DNA of 64,000 nt from Epiperipatus broadwayi (taxonomy: Eukaryota; Animalia; Onychophora): positions 8,184,001 through 8,248,000 of the forward strand of contig JAQFVV010000005.1 in the NCBI GenBank assembly GCA_028023455.1, read 5' to 3'. Every line of letters begins with the position of its first letter. Position 1 is the first letter of the stretch. Both the position numbers and the translations under genes were made by a program. Below the pieces are notes generated by a model that searched no databases, was not told the DNA's origin, and saw nothing but the letters and a program-made list of their open reading frames with translations. Of the stretch, positions 24,691 through 37,742 are shown piece after piece.

Positions 24691-27600
24691 TTTAAGGTGA
24701 AAGTATATATGGCTCAATCATTGAAAGCCAGTTTATGAAACATAAGAAATGGAAATTGTAAACTCCAGGAGAATACTTTCAATAAAACAAAAGCTTTATT
24801 ACCATCCGATAAATTATTAATAATATTGTAATAGTAATTTAGATATAAATTGATAAAGGATGTATCAGATTTTAGAGTTGGAGCTGTACTAATCTACTCT
24901 TTGTGCAATGGGTAAAGACCCATAATATGAACAACATAAATATTGTCTAATGCAGAAAGCAAGTCAGTTTGATAAAGAGGCTCTGGCTATAGGTTTTTGA
25001 ATTCAGAGATTTCATCACTATTTATACAGTCATCATTTTACCAATGTAGCTAATCATAAAGCATTGCTAGGTATATTGGTAAAGATAAAATTTATCAGAG
25101 ACAATTTTTGCCTACGTATGTGGTATTGGATTATTTTTCTTTTTACCCTATGACTATGAATTAAGCCATAGAAAAAATAGATTGATATAATATGCCTGTC
25201 AGTGCTAGAAAAGAGAATGTGGATATCAATTATATTGTTAATCTGTGATATATTAGCAATACTATTGGCTGATTATAATTATGCATGAATGATACTACAT
25301 AGAACAAAGGAGGAGCATAGGGAAGTCAGCAGTATGTAGATATATGGTACTATTGTGGACAAAGTATTTGGTAATGTTATTTCACTTATAATAATAATTA
25401 TTTGCTAGAGATTTGTTATAATATTATGCCTACGTATAAGAATAATTGCTGTAGTAATTGAATAGCAAAATGGTAGCATAATGCATAAGCAATGATACAG
25501 GCACCAGCTATTAATAAAGTGGATTAATAAAGGCTGGCCAGTTAAACAACTTCAGATCTTGCCAATATTTTTCTGGAACATTTTTGAAAATATATTTATG
25601 CAAAAGATGTATATTACATGAAGACAGAGTAATAGTACTTCTACAAGGTCATAACAAACTATGCTAGCTATTATTCCATGTTTCCACAAAAATAGGACGT
25701 AACCAGAAAATAAGTCCTAGCAGGATTTTTGAAGATGCTTATGAGCCCTAGTTAAGATTGGCATCCTGGTAGTTGACACTTGTTTGCCCATTGAAACATA
25801 CGATAGACATATTGAATTATAAAATGATTGTATAAATAATCAATATTATTGACATTAATGCTTTAAATAAATGTAATATAAATTATAAGATTCTTTTGTA
25901 TTTTCCCTTCGACTATTTTTGACAAATGTAATTCTACCTGCTAGAGAAACAATTTATCTACCCCAAGTCAGTATATCGGACAATTTATAATTTTATTTAT
26001 ATATTTTTAGGTACTCATTTTATTTATGTTTAATACCTACATTTAGAATGTTTGATTTAGTTTCAGAGTTTCAGCATGATAGCTTTTAACTTTAATGGGT
26101 TTCTCCAGTCTAAACCGGTGACGCTTCAAGTCACTCAAATTCCATCATTTTTAATACTACGGTAAAGATTTTATGGTCTTTTAAAACCTTAATGTGATGT
26201 GATGTACTGTGACTTCTCCTTAAATGGAGTCAGAAATCTCTCAGCAACTATGCCCAAAGAAATCTGTTAGCCACTTTACCTTCCCCACCCCAAGCTTCCT
26301 CATAATCTGTTCCATCCCATTTCCATAACATAATCTTTGTCAACTCTATGACCTTTATATCTAAATCTCCCTTATCTTTTCCCAAACCCAGCATAAAAAA
26401 CAATAACCCACTTTCTGTATAATCACTTTGTTCATATTTATTCTTCCATAACTTCATTATTTGTACCCTTTCTGCTTGCAAGCATTTACATTCAATCAAC
26501 ATATGCCTAATATTTTCTATATCTTCCTTACACAATTTGCAGACTAATTCACCCACATTTTTCCATTTACATGTATATTCTGTTGTTGCTAAAGATCCCG
26601 TTTGAGCCTTAAACAATAAGCTACTTTTCTTACTATTATCATAAATTAACTCACACCCAATGTTCCGTTTACTTCTATATATATATATTTTTAAACTCTT
26701 TTTACTCTCCATACTACTTCTCCATCTCTCCAACTCCCTATTCTTTATTAATGCATCTATTCTTTTATCCCATTCCTTACCACTATAACACTCAACAATC
26801 CTTCTAATACAATCATCCCACCTTTTATACAAGTACACTGATATAAATTCTTTATCCAAATCCTTTGCATACTGCATTACCTTTCTCATCGATCTTGTTG
26901 CCTGCCCTTTACTCATAACCCAAATAAATACTATTTTGGCTATTCTTTTATCATCCATAAACTCTACCTACCAAACATTTTCATTTTACTTTTTGCATCT
27001 TTCATATAAAAACTTGACCATCTCATTGCCTCCTTTGTTGTCCATACCTCTGCATGTCTTCCTACTTCCCTTTGTACTTTCTCTAAGTAATCTAATACTC
27101 TTTTACTAACACATAACGCATCATTACCATATGTTAACCCTGTTACTACAACTCCTTTTCATACAATTCTAGCTACATCATATTTATTATATGAAAACAC
27201 TGTTAATTTCTTTACTAAACCCTTTCTTTTCTTTGCTTTATTTACCAAATTTTTCTCCCATTCAACCAAGCAATTTTCCTGATTATTTAAGATGATTCCC
27301 AAATAACTATATCTATCCACCACACTTAACTTTATATCCCCCCAATAAAAATTCTACATCTTCTCTTTCCCCATTATTAATCATCATTATATTTGATTTT
27401 TCTTCACTAAATTTAATCCCCATCTCTTTACCCACCCTTGCACATGCCCTCAGCATAACTTCCTTATCTTCTTTCTGCGCATAAAAAAATATCCGCAAAA
27501 AAAAGACCCGGCAAAATATATACACCCTTGCCACCCATTAATGGTATCTCTATCCCTCTTCCTAGTCTTTCTATTGCTTTCTCCATTTCACTCAAATACA

Positions 27601-27932
27601 ACAAAAACAAAATAGGTGACATAGGGCATCCTTGCCTTAACCCCACCCCATTTTTAACTTTAACTGATTTTATATCCCCTAATTGCTAAGTATAGTAATT
27701 ATTTTCATATAATTTCTTAATATTACTAAAGCTTCATCCATTCACAAATTTGCTAACCTTACCCATAATCTATTTCTATTTACTCTATCATATGCCTTCT
27801 CTATATCTATAAAACTCATATATAACGATCTACCTGAATTCCTCCTATTCATATCCATAAGTTGTGTAACTACAATAAACTATCTCCTATACGCCTATCT
27901 GACCTAAAACCTCTTTGCATTTCCCCCACTAC

Positions 27933-29241
27933 CAGGGCTGGATCCAATAAGTGTGGGGCCCGATTGGATTTTTTTGCGGGCCTTCTATATATTAAATATT
28001 TAAATAAAATGCAAATTCAATATATAAATCAAATATCATGGATCATAAGATAGGTAAACTTCTACATACATTAAAAAATAAAAATGCACAAAATACAAAA
28101 ACAATTCCATTTTATTGAATATAAATTTACATCATTGAATATAGACAGGGTATGAGCACAGACTTCACATGACCCACCACTCTCCACACTATCTCATAAC
28201 ACTGATACACCTGAACACACACATGTTGAAAAGATAAATAATCACCAATATACGTATTTCATGCTAAACCAGCAATCATCAGTTGGTCCAGATTACCATC
28301 TCTACACATATATGCCACAAGTGCTCAGATATATATTAAGATAGCAAATCCTCCTACTTTAATGGACAGGCTTCAATGTACTCCACACTCCAACTCTTCA
28401 ACTGTCCATCCAATTGAAAATCTGATGATGGAACGCTCAAAGGCCACCCTTAGGCCAAGATTGTTGTCACACCCATGTTGACCCAAAGGTCAATCTGACC
28501 CCTCATGTACAGGACATAATCCATTAAATACATGTACAAGGGATAGGCAGATATCTCTAATATGTAATAGATGAAATACACAGGCTTATATGAATTTACA
28601 TATTTCTAAGTTTTTGTTCTGTAAATTCTTCTAAAATAGTTTGAAAATCCAATTTCCTTGCTTCTTCACTTTCAATCGACATAATTGCTAAACTATTTAA
28701 TCTATTCTGATTCATTGTCGATCTCAGATAGTTTTTTTATTAGTTTTAGCCTGGAAAATGATCTCTCCAGAAGCAACGCTCACTGGAATTGTTCAATACA
28801 TTCGGAGAGCAATAAACAAGTTTGGAAATGCCGTTGCTCTATCATTTTCCAATAAAAATTTGAACATTTTAAATGGATTTTCAAAAAATTCTGATGGAAG
28901 GATAGATTTTAACGCTTCCATTTCTTCAACTAACATTTTCCCATCTATATCAGCTTTCGAGTAAGACGCATATAGAGTAGAATAATTGAGAGAGAAGATT
29001 GTACTATCCGATTAAAAACGACACTTATGGGTATCCGTTTTCTATATTATAATAAACACAATAATAAATCTCATCCATCAATGCGAACTTAAAATAAATA
29101 TATTTTTAATTATTTGAATAATTTATAATTTATCCTTTATCGTCAAAAGCAATTTGCTTTAAATTTCGAAAAATAACTTTTTGTTAATTTTGGTGGTGAT
29201 GCGGGGCCCGATTGGGCCCAATCGCTTTAAATCCGACCCTG
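27933..29241 (-). mobile_element. Non-autonomous hAT DNA transposon, 1309 bp, 8-bp TSD
   Basis: TSD CCCACTAC at 27925-27932 and 29242-29249; termini CAGGGCTGGAT / ATCCGACCCTG; subterminal GGGGCCCGATTGG at both ends; minus-strand hAT dimerisation-domain remnant FPNLFIALRMY*TIPVSVASGE..LKLIKNYLRSTMNQNRLNSLAIMSIE at about 28600-28870. Confidence 0.93.
28244..28287 (-). ncRNA. Minimal type I hammerhead ribozyme motif with intact core
   Basis: Minus strand ACCAA-CTGATGA-t-TGCT-ggttt-AGCA-t-GAA-ATACGTAT-A-TTGGT: 5-bp stem I, 4-bp stem II, palindromic stem III, AUA cleavage triplet. Confidence 0.75.
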
Positions 29242-31559
29242 CCCACTACATTATTCTCTTCCATCCATTTTACAACTCTTCCAGCCACCATATATGAGAA
29301 AACTTTATATAAAACTGATGTTACCGCTATCGGTCTATAATTATTTAACTTTCTAACAAAGTTCCGTAAAGTGCTGCCCTCTCTTGAATTATTTTACAGT
29401 AAAAAATCAATAACATTCAAATTTTAGGTTAACAATGAAAGAGGGCAGTCCGTTCTTGACGCTGATTGGTTGTTAACTGTAGAGGGCAAAGAAAACTGCT
29501 TGTCAATTTTTACCGCTACGATTTCTTTTGTTTCATTTCGAAAGTGATAAACGAATATTTTAGACCATTTTAAAAGTATTTTTTGACATATTATAAATTA
29601 TTTTGATAAAATATGCTAAAAGTAAACCTTACAAATTATTAATATGTACTTTTTATAAACGGAACTACAGTGAATATAATATTAAAAGATGAATATATTT
29701 TTATCGTCGAGTTTGTGAATTGACCAATTAAAATTTGAGAGTTTTATCTCACTTGGCCAATAAAATTGTCAGCGCAGGGGTAAATATTCAAAATAAAACA
29801 AAAATTACTTTGATTTCTTTTTTTTACCTCATGAAAGACATTATTAAATAACAGAAGTGAGCTTAAGTTAAATCACAATCTTTCTCCTAAAGAAAAGTTT
29901 GTACAAAGAATGAATATTCAGCAGGATTATTACAAGTAATTTGGAAAGTGTTTACAATTTGCATACTATGTAATGGATGGATGTGGTTGTGTCATATATG
30001 AATAGTTCAATACGTCTTATGTTGTAATGGACATTATAATGGATATATTTAATGTGCATGTGTGAAATGTAGAAACATTTTCTAAATTTTTATGTTTGCA
30101 ATTTTTTTAATGCTTTTGTGTGAACAAACTATTTTTAACTGTAATCATTTTTGTTACCACTCCTAGCTCACAATTGTATCTTCAATTAGGTAAATCTAAA
30201 CAATAATATTCTGATCACCCAATGAGTACAAAAAGTCTATTCTGGGGAGTACAAAAAAGGAATGACGCGGGGGGGGGGGCTGCCAGGGGAAGAATCTTAC
30301 AGCTTTCCATAAAGTGAAGTATTTGCACAAATGTAGATTTTTGTACATGAAAAAATTAGACCTCCTCTAAAAATAAATCCTACAATGTTTTTTGAAGCAA
30401 AAATTAATATGGGATCCAATATTATTTTCAGGGAAACATAGTACAATGGTCACCTAGGAGTTGTACATACTAATGCTCTTGCTAGGAATTATATATGATA
30501 GCCTGAAATTAATAAAGTCAGTGAAATCTTTACAAAAAAGTGTATGGTATTTCAGTCGAACTTGATTACTCAAGAAAATATATAATTCATTGCTGCAGGT
30601 TGCAAACTGATGCCAATGTGTTTCTAAACTCATGTCAATGTGTTTCCATTGACTAAGCCAGTTTTTTTTTTTCCAGCCACATTCTTAGTATTTATTGATG
30701 CTTATCTGCATATGTAGATTATTATATTGTGAAGAACACCAATGGAGATTATAAACAAACCAGGAAGAAGTTATACAGATATTCATTACTGATAAAAAGT
30801 ATTTAGAAAGCAGGGTGTTAAGTATGTATGCTTATCACTATATTATTTTGAGTCCAATGGATTGAAAACAATAGTGATCAATTGAAGCAAGCACTGAAAA
30901 AAAAAACTTCTGCTAAAGTGAGAGACAATTTATTAGATATTGTTATATCAGCAAATTACCAACTTAATTGCTAATGAGAAAAAAATTGAGGACAGAACAA
31001 ACTTTTTACTTGCTAATAAAATATTTTAAATCAGAGATAAATTAAGCATTAGGGCTAGTTTGCATAAAGCATGGGTGGAAGGATAAATTCTAACTTTCTA
31101 AAATTAGTAGTAGCTGCGACAACAAAAGATATGAGTTATAAAAGACATACAAATCACATACATCATCAAAATTCTGGAAACTGAGAAAACCAAAATCCCA
31201 ATGAAACAATAGTAATAGCCAGTCAGATAAATTGAAAAACAGCAATCCCAAACCCCATGAAATACAACACTAACAGAAGACAATAAAGCAATAGAAGCAG
31301 ATAAGACGAATAAGGCAGTAGATGTTAATATTACTTAATCTACAGGGAAACAATTGCTGAGACCTCAAGACAAAAAATCTACCCAGATATTTAAAGGACT
31401 CCTTTTGTTACAAACTATTTACAGAAATAAGAAAAAACTGTTAGGTATAACATAAGTCTTAGTTCTGGGTAGGTGAGAAGAAATGTTATATATCTTTAGT
31501 TGAAATTTAATGTATCTTTTCTACATATAATTAGATTAGTTTTGATTTTTAAGAGTAAG

Positions 31560-34500
31560 CAATTTTCCCCTTCCCCATATTTAAAATTGTTCTTAGGACA
31601 AAAAAATAAGGAGTGATAAATAGGAGAACAAAACAGACATTCACTTTTCTCCTTGCATTCCCGCCTATTAATTTTCTAAAACCTGTAGCCAAATTTCAAG
31701 ATTGCATACAGAACTGTATTCATGGCTTGTGTCAAAATGGATCTAATGTTTTGTAATAGTTTTATTAGTCTAATATTATGTGTACAAGTCCAATGAACCG
31801 GTAAATATCTTATTACTAACAAACTATTATAATATGTAATAATATTATGTTATATATTTGTTATATTAAATTATGTTTTTATTAGTTAACTTCATTGTTT
31901 AATTGGATTTATCAAAAATGTTTATTTAGTTTGAATTTGATTGTTATTTTCATTCATGCCAGGCCAGATAATGCAGTCCATAAAAAAAACGTAAGCAGTT
32001 TATAATATTGCTACTTGAGAAAATATAGAAATAAAAAGCATAACTTGAGAAGCAAATATAAGAGGCAAATACTGCTAAGAGATTGAATTATAGAAGATTT
32101 CAAAAATTTAGAAGATAGTCTCACACAGTGATTTTCACTACTGAAAGTCTCAAAAAGAACCTAAGAATTTATGCAGGCCACATCAAATGTATTATTATTT
32201 ACTAATCCAATGAGGTTGAAGAAGTAAATACAATGTCCTATAGGAACTTTAGTTCATTTATATATAGCTTAATTTGCTGACATAAAGGAACATCATTTAA
32301 AATTTAACCTTGATTTTAATGACTTCCTATTTCTTGTCTGCTTTATTGATTATCATTATCACAATTGTAATATACATGGGTCTTGATGACTGCAGATAAA
32401 TTGACACTGTCTGGTAGCTTAAGGGGGAGATAGTTGAAAGGCTGATTCAGAAAAGTATTGGAGAAACTATTGTATTTCATTTTTGCATAAAATTGCAGTA
32501 TTCATGGTAATTAAGCACTGCAGATAGGGGGAGACAATTGAAAGGCTGATTCAGAAATATATTGGAGAAAGTATTGTCTTTCATTTAAGTTCAAAGCTTA
32601 AAAACAACATCTGCTATGCAAGTTATAAATATTGAATTTAATGTAAAAACCCTTGTGATTGACCAATACTCATAAAGAGGATTGAAAAACAATTATGAGA
32701 GGAACTATAGACAATCCTTTAAAATAGTCATTGTTATATGATGGTGGGCAAGCCATAACTAAAATTGCAAATTATCACTGTGATTATGAGAAACCAAAGA
32801 AATTACTATTTGCAGCAATGGTTAAAAAGTTAAATAATTACATTAGTTCACAACCATTAAAACATGTAACATGTCTGCATTTTTGAAACAGAGATGAAAC
32901 ACTATGAGATTATGAATACATGCTTAGAGAAGTGAAAAAACTGTTTATATGGAGATTCCATTAAAGACCTTTTGTTAGAGCAAGTTTCTCTGGTATATGT
33001 TTGGTGACAGACTCAAAAAGCAGTTACTAGCCTTCAAAGACTTTAATTGTGAAAAATCAATTAAAATGGAAATAGCCCATGAATTAGTTTGGACCAATCC
33101 AAAGAATTTTGGTAGTGATGATGCAGATAGTACAACTATAAATAAGATTGAAGGTGAAAAAAAAAAAAAAAAATCAAAACAAATGATAATATGTGCTACT
33201 GTTATGAGAAAAAGGAGAAATATGATTTACAGTTAACTGGAATAAAAAACACTATAGGAACCTATGGAAGTGTAGGCCATTAAAAAAAAGTATGTCATAG
33301 GAAAAGCCTAAGAAAACAAAAAGACTCACTCCTTCCCTTCCCAAAGAAATAATCCAAAACTTGAGATCACAAATACCCAAATAAAGCAATGCAGATAAAT
33401 AATGTTGTCTGTTAGAATATTGAAGAATCTGGTTACTATAGAAATGTACTGGAGTAGGCTTATCAATGAGAATGGAAATTATTAGCAACAAATTGCCATA
33501 AAACCCAACTTTATTAAAAATGAACTAAAAAGAAAAGATGCCAGTGGTTACAAATTAAAACGTTGATGTACTAGTAGAATTAAAGAATATGGTTTAAAAT
33601 GTACCATTTTATATAATTCAAGGCAGCATAAATTCTGTAAATAAATAGGGATTAATTTGATTCATTGGAAATTAAAATACAGATGAAACCAAGATCAAGA
33701 TAAAACAGAAAGTAAAAGTTATATTTGTAGAATTATTTAAAAATGATGACAGGCAAATAAATACTTGCTAGTAAAGATAATTTTGTGAGATGGGATAACA
33801 CCAATAATTTTTAAGCTATAGACCTTTCATGCTTTAAATGAAAGTAGAAGAATCAAATGACCTAATGACAAAAATAGTACTGACACTTGTAAAATATTCA
33901 GAATGGATTATTCCAACAATGATAATAGTCATATCAAATGGAAAAATCAGTATCTGCAGTAATTAGTGAATTATGATAAATAAAAAAGTATTCCAGGGTC
34001 AATTCTTTGCTGTGAATGTTAGAGAGATATTGCCTAACATGGAAAAGGCAACACATTATGCAAAAATTGATTTGAAAGCAGCTTTCACCCAAATTAGCCT
34101 CTGAAAAGAACTTTAAAATTATGAACAATCTCCTTACATAAGGATTTGTTTAATTATAACGTATTGCCTTGTGGGATTACAGCATCTTTCAATTCAAAAT
34201 GGAATTTTTCAGCAAATGAAAGGACTAATTCTGTATTATGGCATATCATAATAGTAGTGAACTTTGAAGAAAATTTGCATCAACAACTTTTAAAAGTTTG
34301 TGACAAAATTTCTGAGATCAGAGCAAGAATAAATCCCAATAGGTGCACTAGGATAGTGACAAAAATAAAAATTTTGGGATATCCAAAGCCCAGAAACATG
34401 GAGGAATTGTATGTTTTTCTATGTCTGCTGAATTATTTCTAAGTATTGGAAAATTTCATGTGGTCCAACTGCTGTATAATTTATTTAAAAAGGATCACAA

Positions 34501-36075
34501 ATGGAATTGTAAAATAGAGCATCAAAGACTTTCAAGAAAACAAAGACTCTACTATCATCAAATAAATTGTTACTATATTACGACAATAGTCTCAAATTAA
34601 GTCTTACTACAAACATATTTAAATTTGAAAAAGGAATGATTCTGAATCATATGGTAACAAACTATGAACAATCAATGTTTGCACTGAGAACATTATCACT
34701 GAGAACTACAGTCAATTAGATAAAGGTTGTTGCCCATGGTATTTGAGTCAAAATATTTCACCAATATTTGTATGAATGATCAATTAAATTTGTTGCCAAT
34801 CTATAGAAATATTAGCCAAAACAAAGCAGCTTCAGAATACTTCATTGGCTAAATTTATTTTCAGTCTATGATTTGGAAATTTAAAAATGAGCATGCAATA
34901 AAACATGCCGAACATGTTATAATCATGACAAATTGAAAATTAGACAAGCAAAATATGAATTTAGTAAGCAGTGATAATGTAATAGATTCGAAGTAAGGAT
35001 TGTAAAATATCTGTTATATGGATTAGTGAAATAGACCTAAAAGTCATGTTGAAGTACTCCTCAAATCTTTATGGAACATTACATAAAAATTGTCTAGTAA
35101 TAAGAGATATATTTTAATAATTGATAAAATACTAATACTGAGTATAGGATGGAAACAATTATTAAAATTGATACACCAAGGTTCATCTTGATATTGTGTA
35201 AACAAAACCATCCACTTATAGTGTATGGTGGTTGGGTTCAATACCAATATTGAAGAATTTATCAAAAATTTAACAAATGCCAAATAACAACTAAGTTATC
35301 AACAAAAACACTTAGCATGACCAACAGTTACTAAGTCATGAAATCTTGTGAATATCAATGATGATGGATCTTTTCAAAGCTTAAAAGAGATCTGTGTGTT
35401 TTACACTTTTCCCAAGACTCTAGTGTGAGATAATGGCATCCAAAAATTTTACAGTAATTTTGAAAAAATGGTGGATTTGGCACATTGTGACATTTTCCAA
35501 CTATCTGTAATCAAATAGTATCACAGAAAAGGCTAGACAAACATTGAAGCCAGAATTATACATATCTTCTACTCCATATGTCTTCTACTATTTGTTTAAA
35601 ATTCTCAGCTGAAATGATGTTTGGAAGAAAATTTTAAACAAAGCTTTCATCAATCATGCCAGAAGATATTATTTTTAAGACATCATCTGTATTGAAAATC
35701 AATATACTGTCAGAAAGTATCAGTGGATAAAAGATATTGTTGGCAAGTACCAATGTAAAAAATTTAATAAAAAATACCAATATAAACAAATTTTACTTCT
35801 TAAGACAAACTATCTAAAAAATTAAAAGATGCATAAAGCATATATAATCAAGAGGAAGAAATAGAATTTAATATTATAATAAAGTCTAATATTCAATCAT
35901 CTAGCCCTAGCAAGTCTAACAAAGAAATTATAGAAATTGAAGTGTACAGTAATAAAAATGTGTTGCTGATATTGCAGCACAGTTTCATCATTCACCAGTC
36001 TTGAAGGAACAGAAAATTACCCGATTATTTACATTATTTTAAAAAACTTAATTTCTGAAAGAGTGGGAAGAGGTT
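31560..36075 (+). mobile_element. Degenerate Ty3/Gypsy LTR retrotransposon relic (RT-RNase H-integrase)
   Basis: YAKIDLKAAFTQ at about 34057-34092; FNYNVLPCGITAS and PKPRNMEELYVFLCLLNYF (ORF 34146-34442); NYSQLDK RNase H remnant at about 34708; LV.DNG integrase remnant at about 35420; purine tract gagtgggaagagg at about 36061-36073. Confidence 0.75.
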
Positions 36076-36660
36076 ATGAAATATCAGTTTGTACAAATAT
36101 GTACATAGTTCGTGAATTAAATAATGATATTCATATGATAGACATGTGTTTGCTGAAATTTGATGTTAGAAAATATTAAATGTATATTACAAACTTGAAA
36201 ACAGGATATCCAAGAGATTTAAAGTTAATTAAGATTATCAATTAAGTAGATGTTAATTAAATGACAAATATATTATAGTATTGAATTATAGAATAGACAT
36301 AACTGGTGAAATGTAAGATGCCATTCACTACTCAACATGAAAAATACAAGATTGAATTCCATAAATCAGAAGATTTGAGCTGAATAGAAGACAGACATTT
36401 ACCTAGAGATTTTCACTACTCAAGGTCTCAATGTAAACATAGAGACAGTCGAGTCACACTGGTCTTATGATTATTTACTAAACCCAAGAGATTGTGAGTA
36501 TAAATGTTATGTCCTATAGCACCATTAGTTAATGAACATATCTCAAATTTAACTTGTTGACATAAATAAATACCAATTAAGATTTATTCTGGGTTTTAAT
36601 GGTATTTCTTATTTCTTGTCTGTATGACTATAATCATTGTAACTGCAATACTCATAGTGC
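32070..36660. repeat. Diverged ~300-bp direct repeats (about 32070-32390 and 36345-36660) bracketing the Gypsy pol relic; possibly parts of LTRs
   Basis: Shared blocks gattttcactact.aa.gtctcaa, ttatttactaa.cc, atgtcctatag and ttcctatttcttgtctg in the same order. Confidence 0.55.
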
Positions 36661-36916
36661 TCAGACACACCAGAACTCCAGATTAAACACAATAAATTGT
36701 AAAAATTCACAATAAAGTTTTTAATATGAATTCCAGTGGTATTATGATAGATATCAGAATCAGAAGTAGAGCAACAAAGGTCTTATGCTTTTGAAATGAA
36801 AAATGATATGGTGTTGGCAACCATGAAATATATTAGTGCAAATATACCCTGCAAAGCAACCATGTGGCCTGCCAAGCTAACGACATACGATTGATTATTT
36901 TTTATATATAATCAAA

Positions 36917-36988
36917 TGCATTGACCAGGAAGCGAACCCGGGCCAGCTACTTGGAAAGCAGCTATGCTAACTGCTAGGCCACCAACAC
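36917..36988 (-). pseudogene. tRNA-Gly(TCC)-like pseudogene / SINE head
   Basis: 72-nt cloverleaf GTGTTGGTGGCCTAGCAGTTAGCATAGCTGCTTTCCAAGTAGCTGGCCCGGGTTCGCTTCCTGGTCAATGCA with TCC anticodon; D-loop GG lost, T-loop A58 changed to C, many G-U pairs. Confidence 0.8.
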
Positions 36989-37742
36989 TTGACTGGATTG
37001 CACTAATAATGTTATCTCTTTTTTTTTTAATTTCACAGATCCGAAGAACCTGCCAAGTTTACACTAGAAGTGCTGAATATCTTCATATATGGCTTGTACT
37101 CGCTCTCAACCAATTATCTTTAGCATTATTTCCCTGATTTTAGCACCTTGAATATTTTGTTACACGTAAAAAATCAATAATCTTTAAATTTAGTAGTATC
37201 ACAGTGATGAAAATCTGTCTTTTCAAGCTTCTGATGGGTAGTTTTTTTTTTCTCCACAAGGGATCACCAATCGATGACTTTGACAATTATATTTCTATGT
37301 TTTGAATTCAGAAACGAAAACATAATTCACTAAACATTTTTTTTACCCATTTGTTTTTCAGATTTTAGTCAAAAATATTTACTTTTATTCTAAAACATAT
37401 TGATAAGGAATTCAATGAATTATGGCAGGAATTTATAATTGGATGGTAAGCATTTATTTTGATTTGACTGTGTTAGATTATTATCATCAATTATAAATAG
37501 AAATTTATTTTTTAAAAAACTTTTTGTAATCTGACAAATTATGAATTTGCCTTTTAGATACTAAACTAAAACAAATAAAAATTAAAAAAACAACAAATAT
37601 AATTACTGAAAATTATATAATTGACCAATCAGAAATTTGAAACTTTAATTCAATCTGCCAATAGTGCCAGTTTTATACTTGAATTAGTATAAAAACAAAT
37701 GCATAGTATTTTATATAAAAGTATAATGTAAGCACCATAATT

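Larger units (their letters stand above)
26190..29353 (-). mobile_element. 5'-truncated young APE-RT LINE copy (copy A), interrupted by an hAT insertion
   Basis: ORFs 26248-26958, 27313-27534 and 27464-27646 are near-identical to the RT/C-terminal part of 55090-57556; 3' tail (ACATC)n at about 26190-26205; CKLCKEDIENIRHMLIEC zinc finger. Confidence 0.92.

Noticed and set aside
24900-25800. Hydrophobic open stretches on both strands suggesting a membrane-protein (receptor or acyltransferase) relic
   Set aside because: No diagnostic motif; AT-rich DNA readily yields hydrophobic translations. A tBLASTx search is needed before any call.
28420-28450. Plus-strand CTGATGA near the hammerhead
   Set aside because: Not followed by a stem and GAAA.
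30500-31450. Faint Penelope-like peptide hints (KQLLRPQDKK)
   Set aside because: Too degenerate; no RT or GIY-YIG motif could be read with confidence.
36917-36988. Functional tRNA-Gly(TCC) gene
   Set aside because: Loss of the D-loop GG and A58, weak acceptor stem, and related SINE-like copies nearby; reported as a pseudogene.
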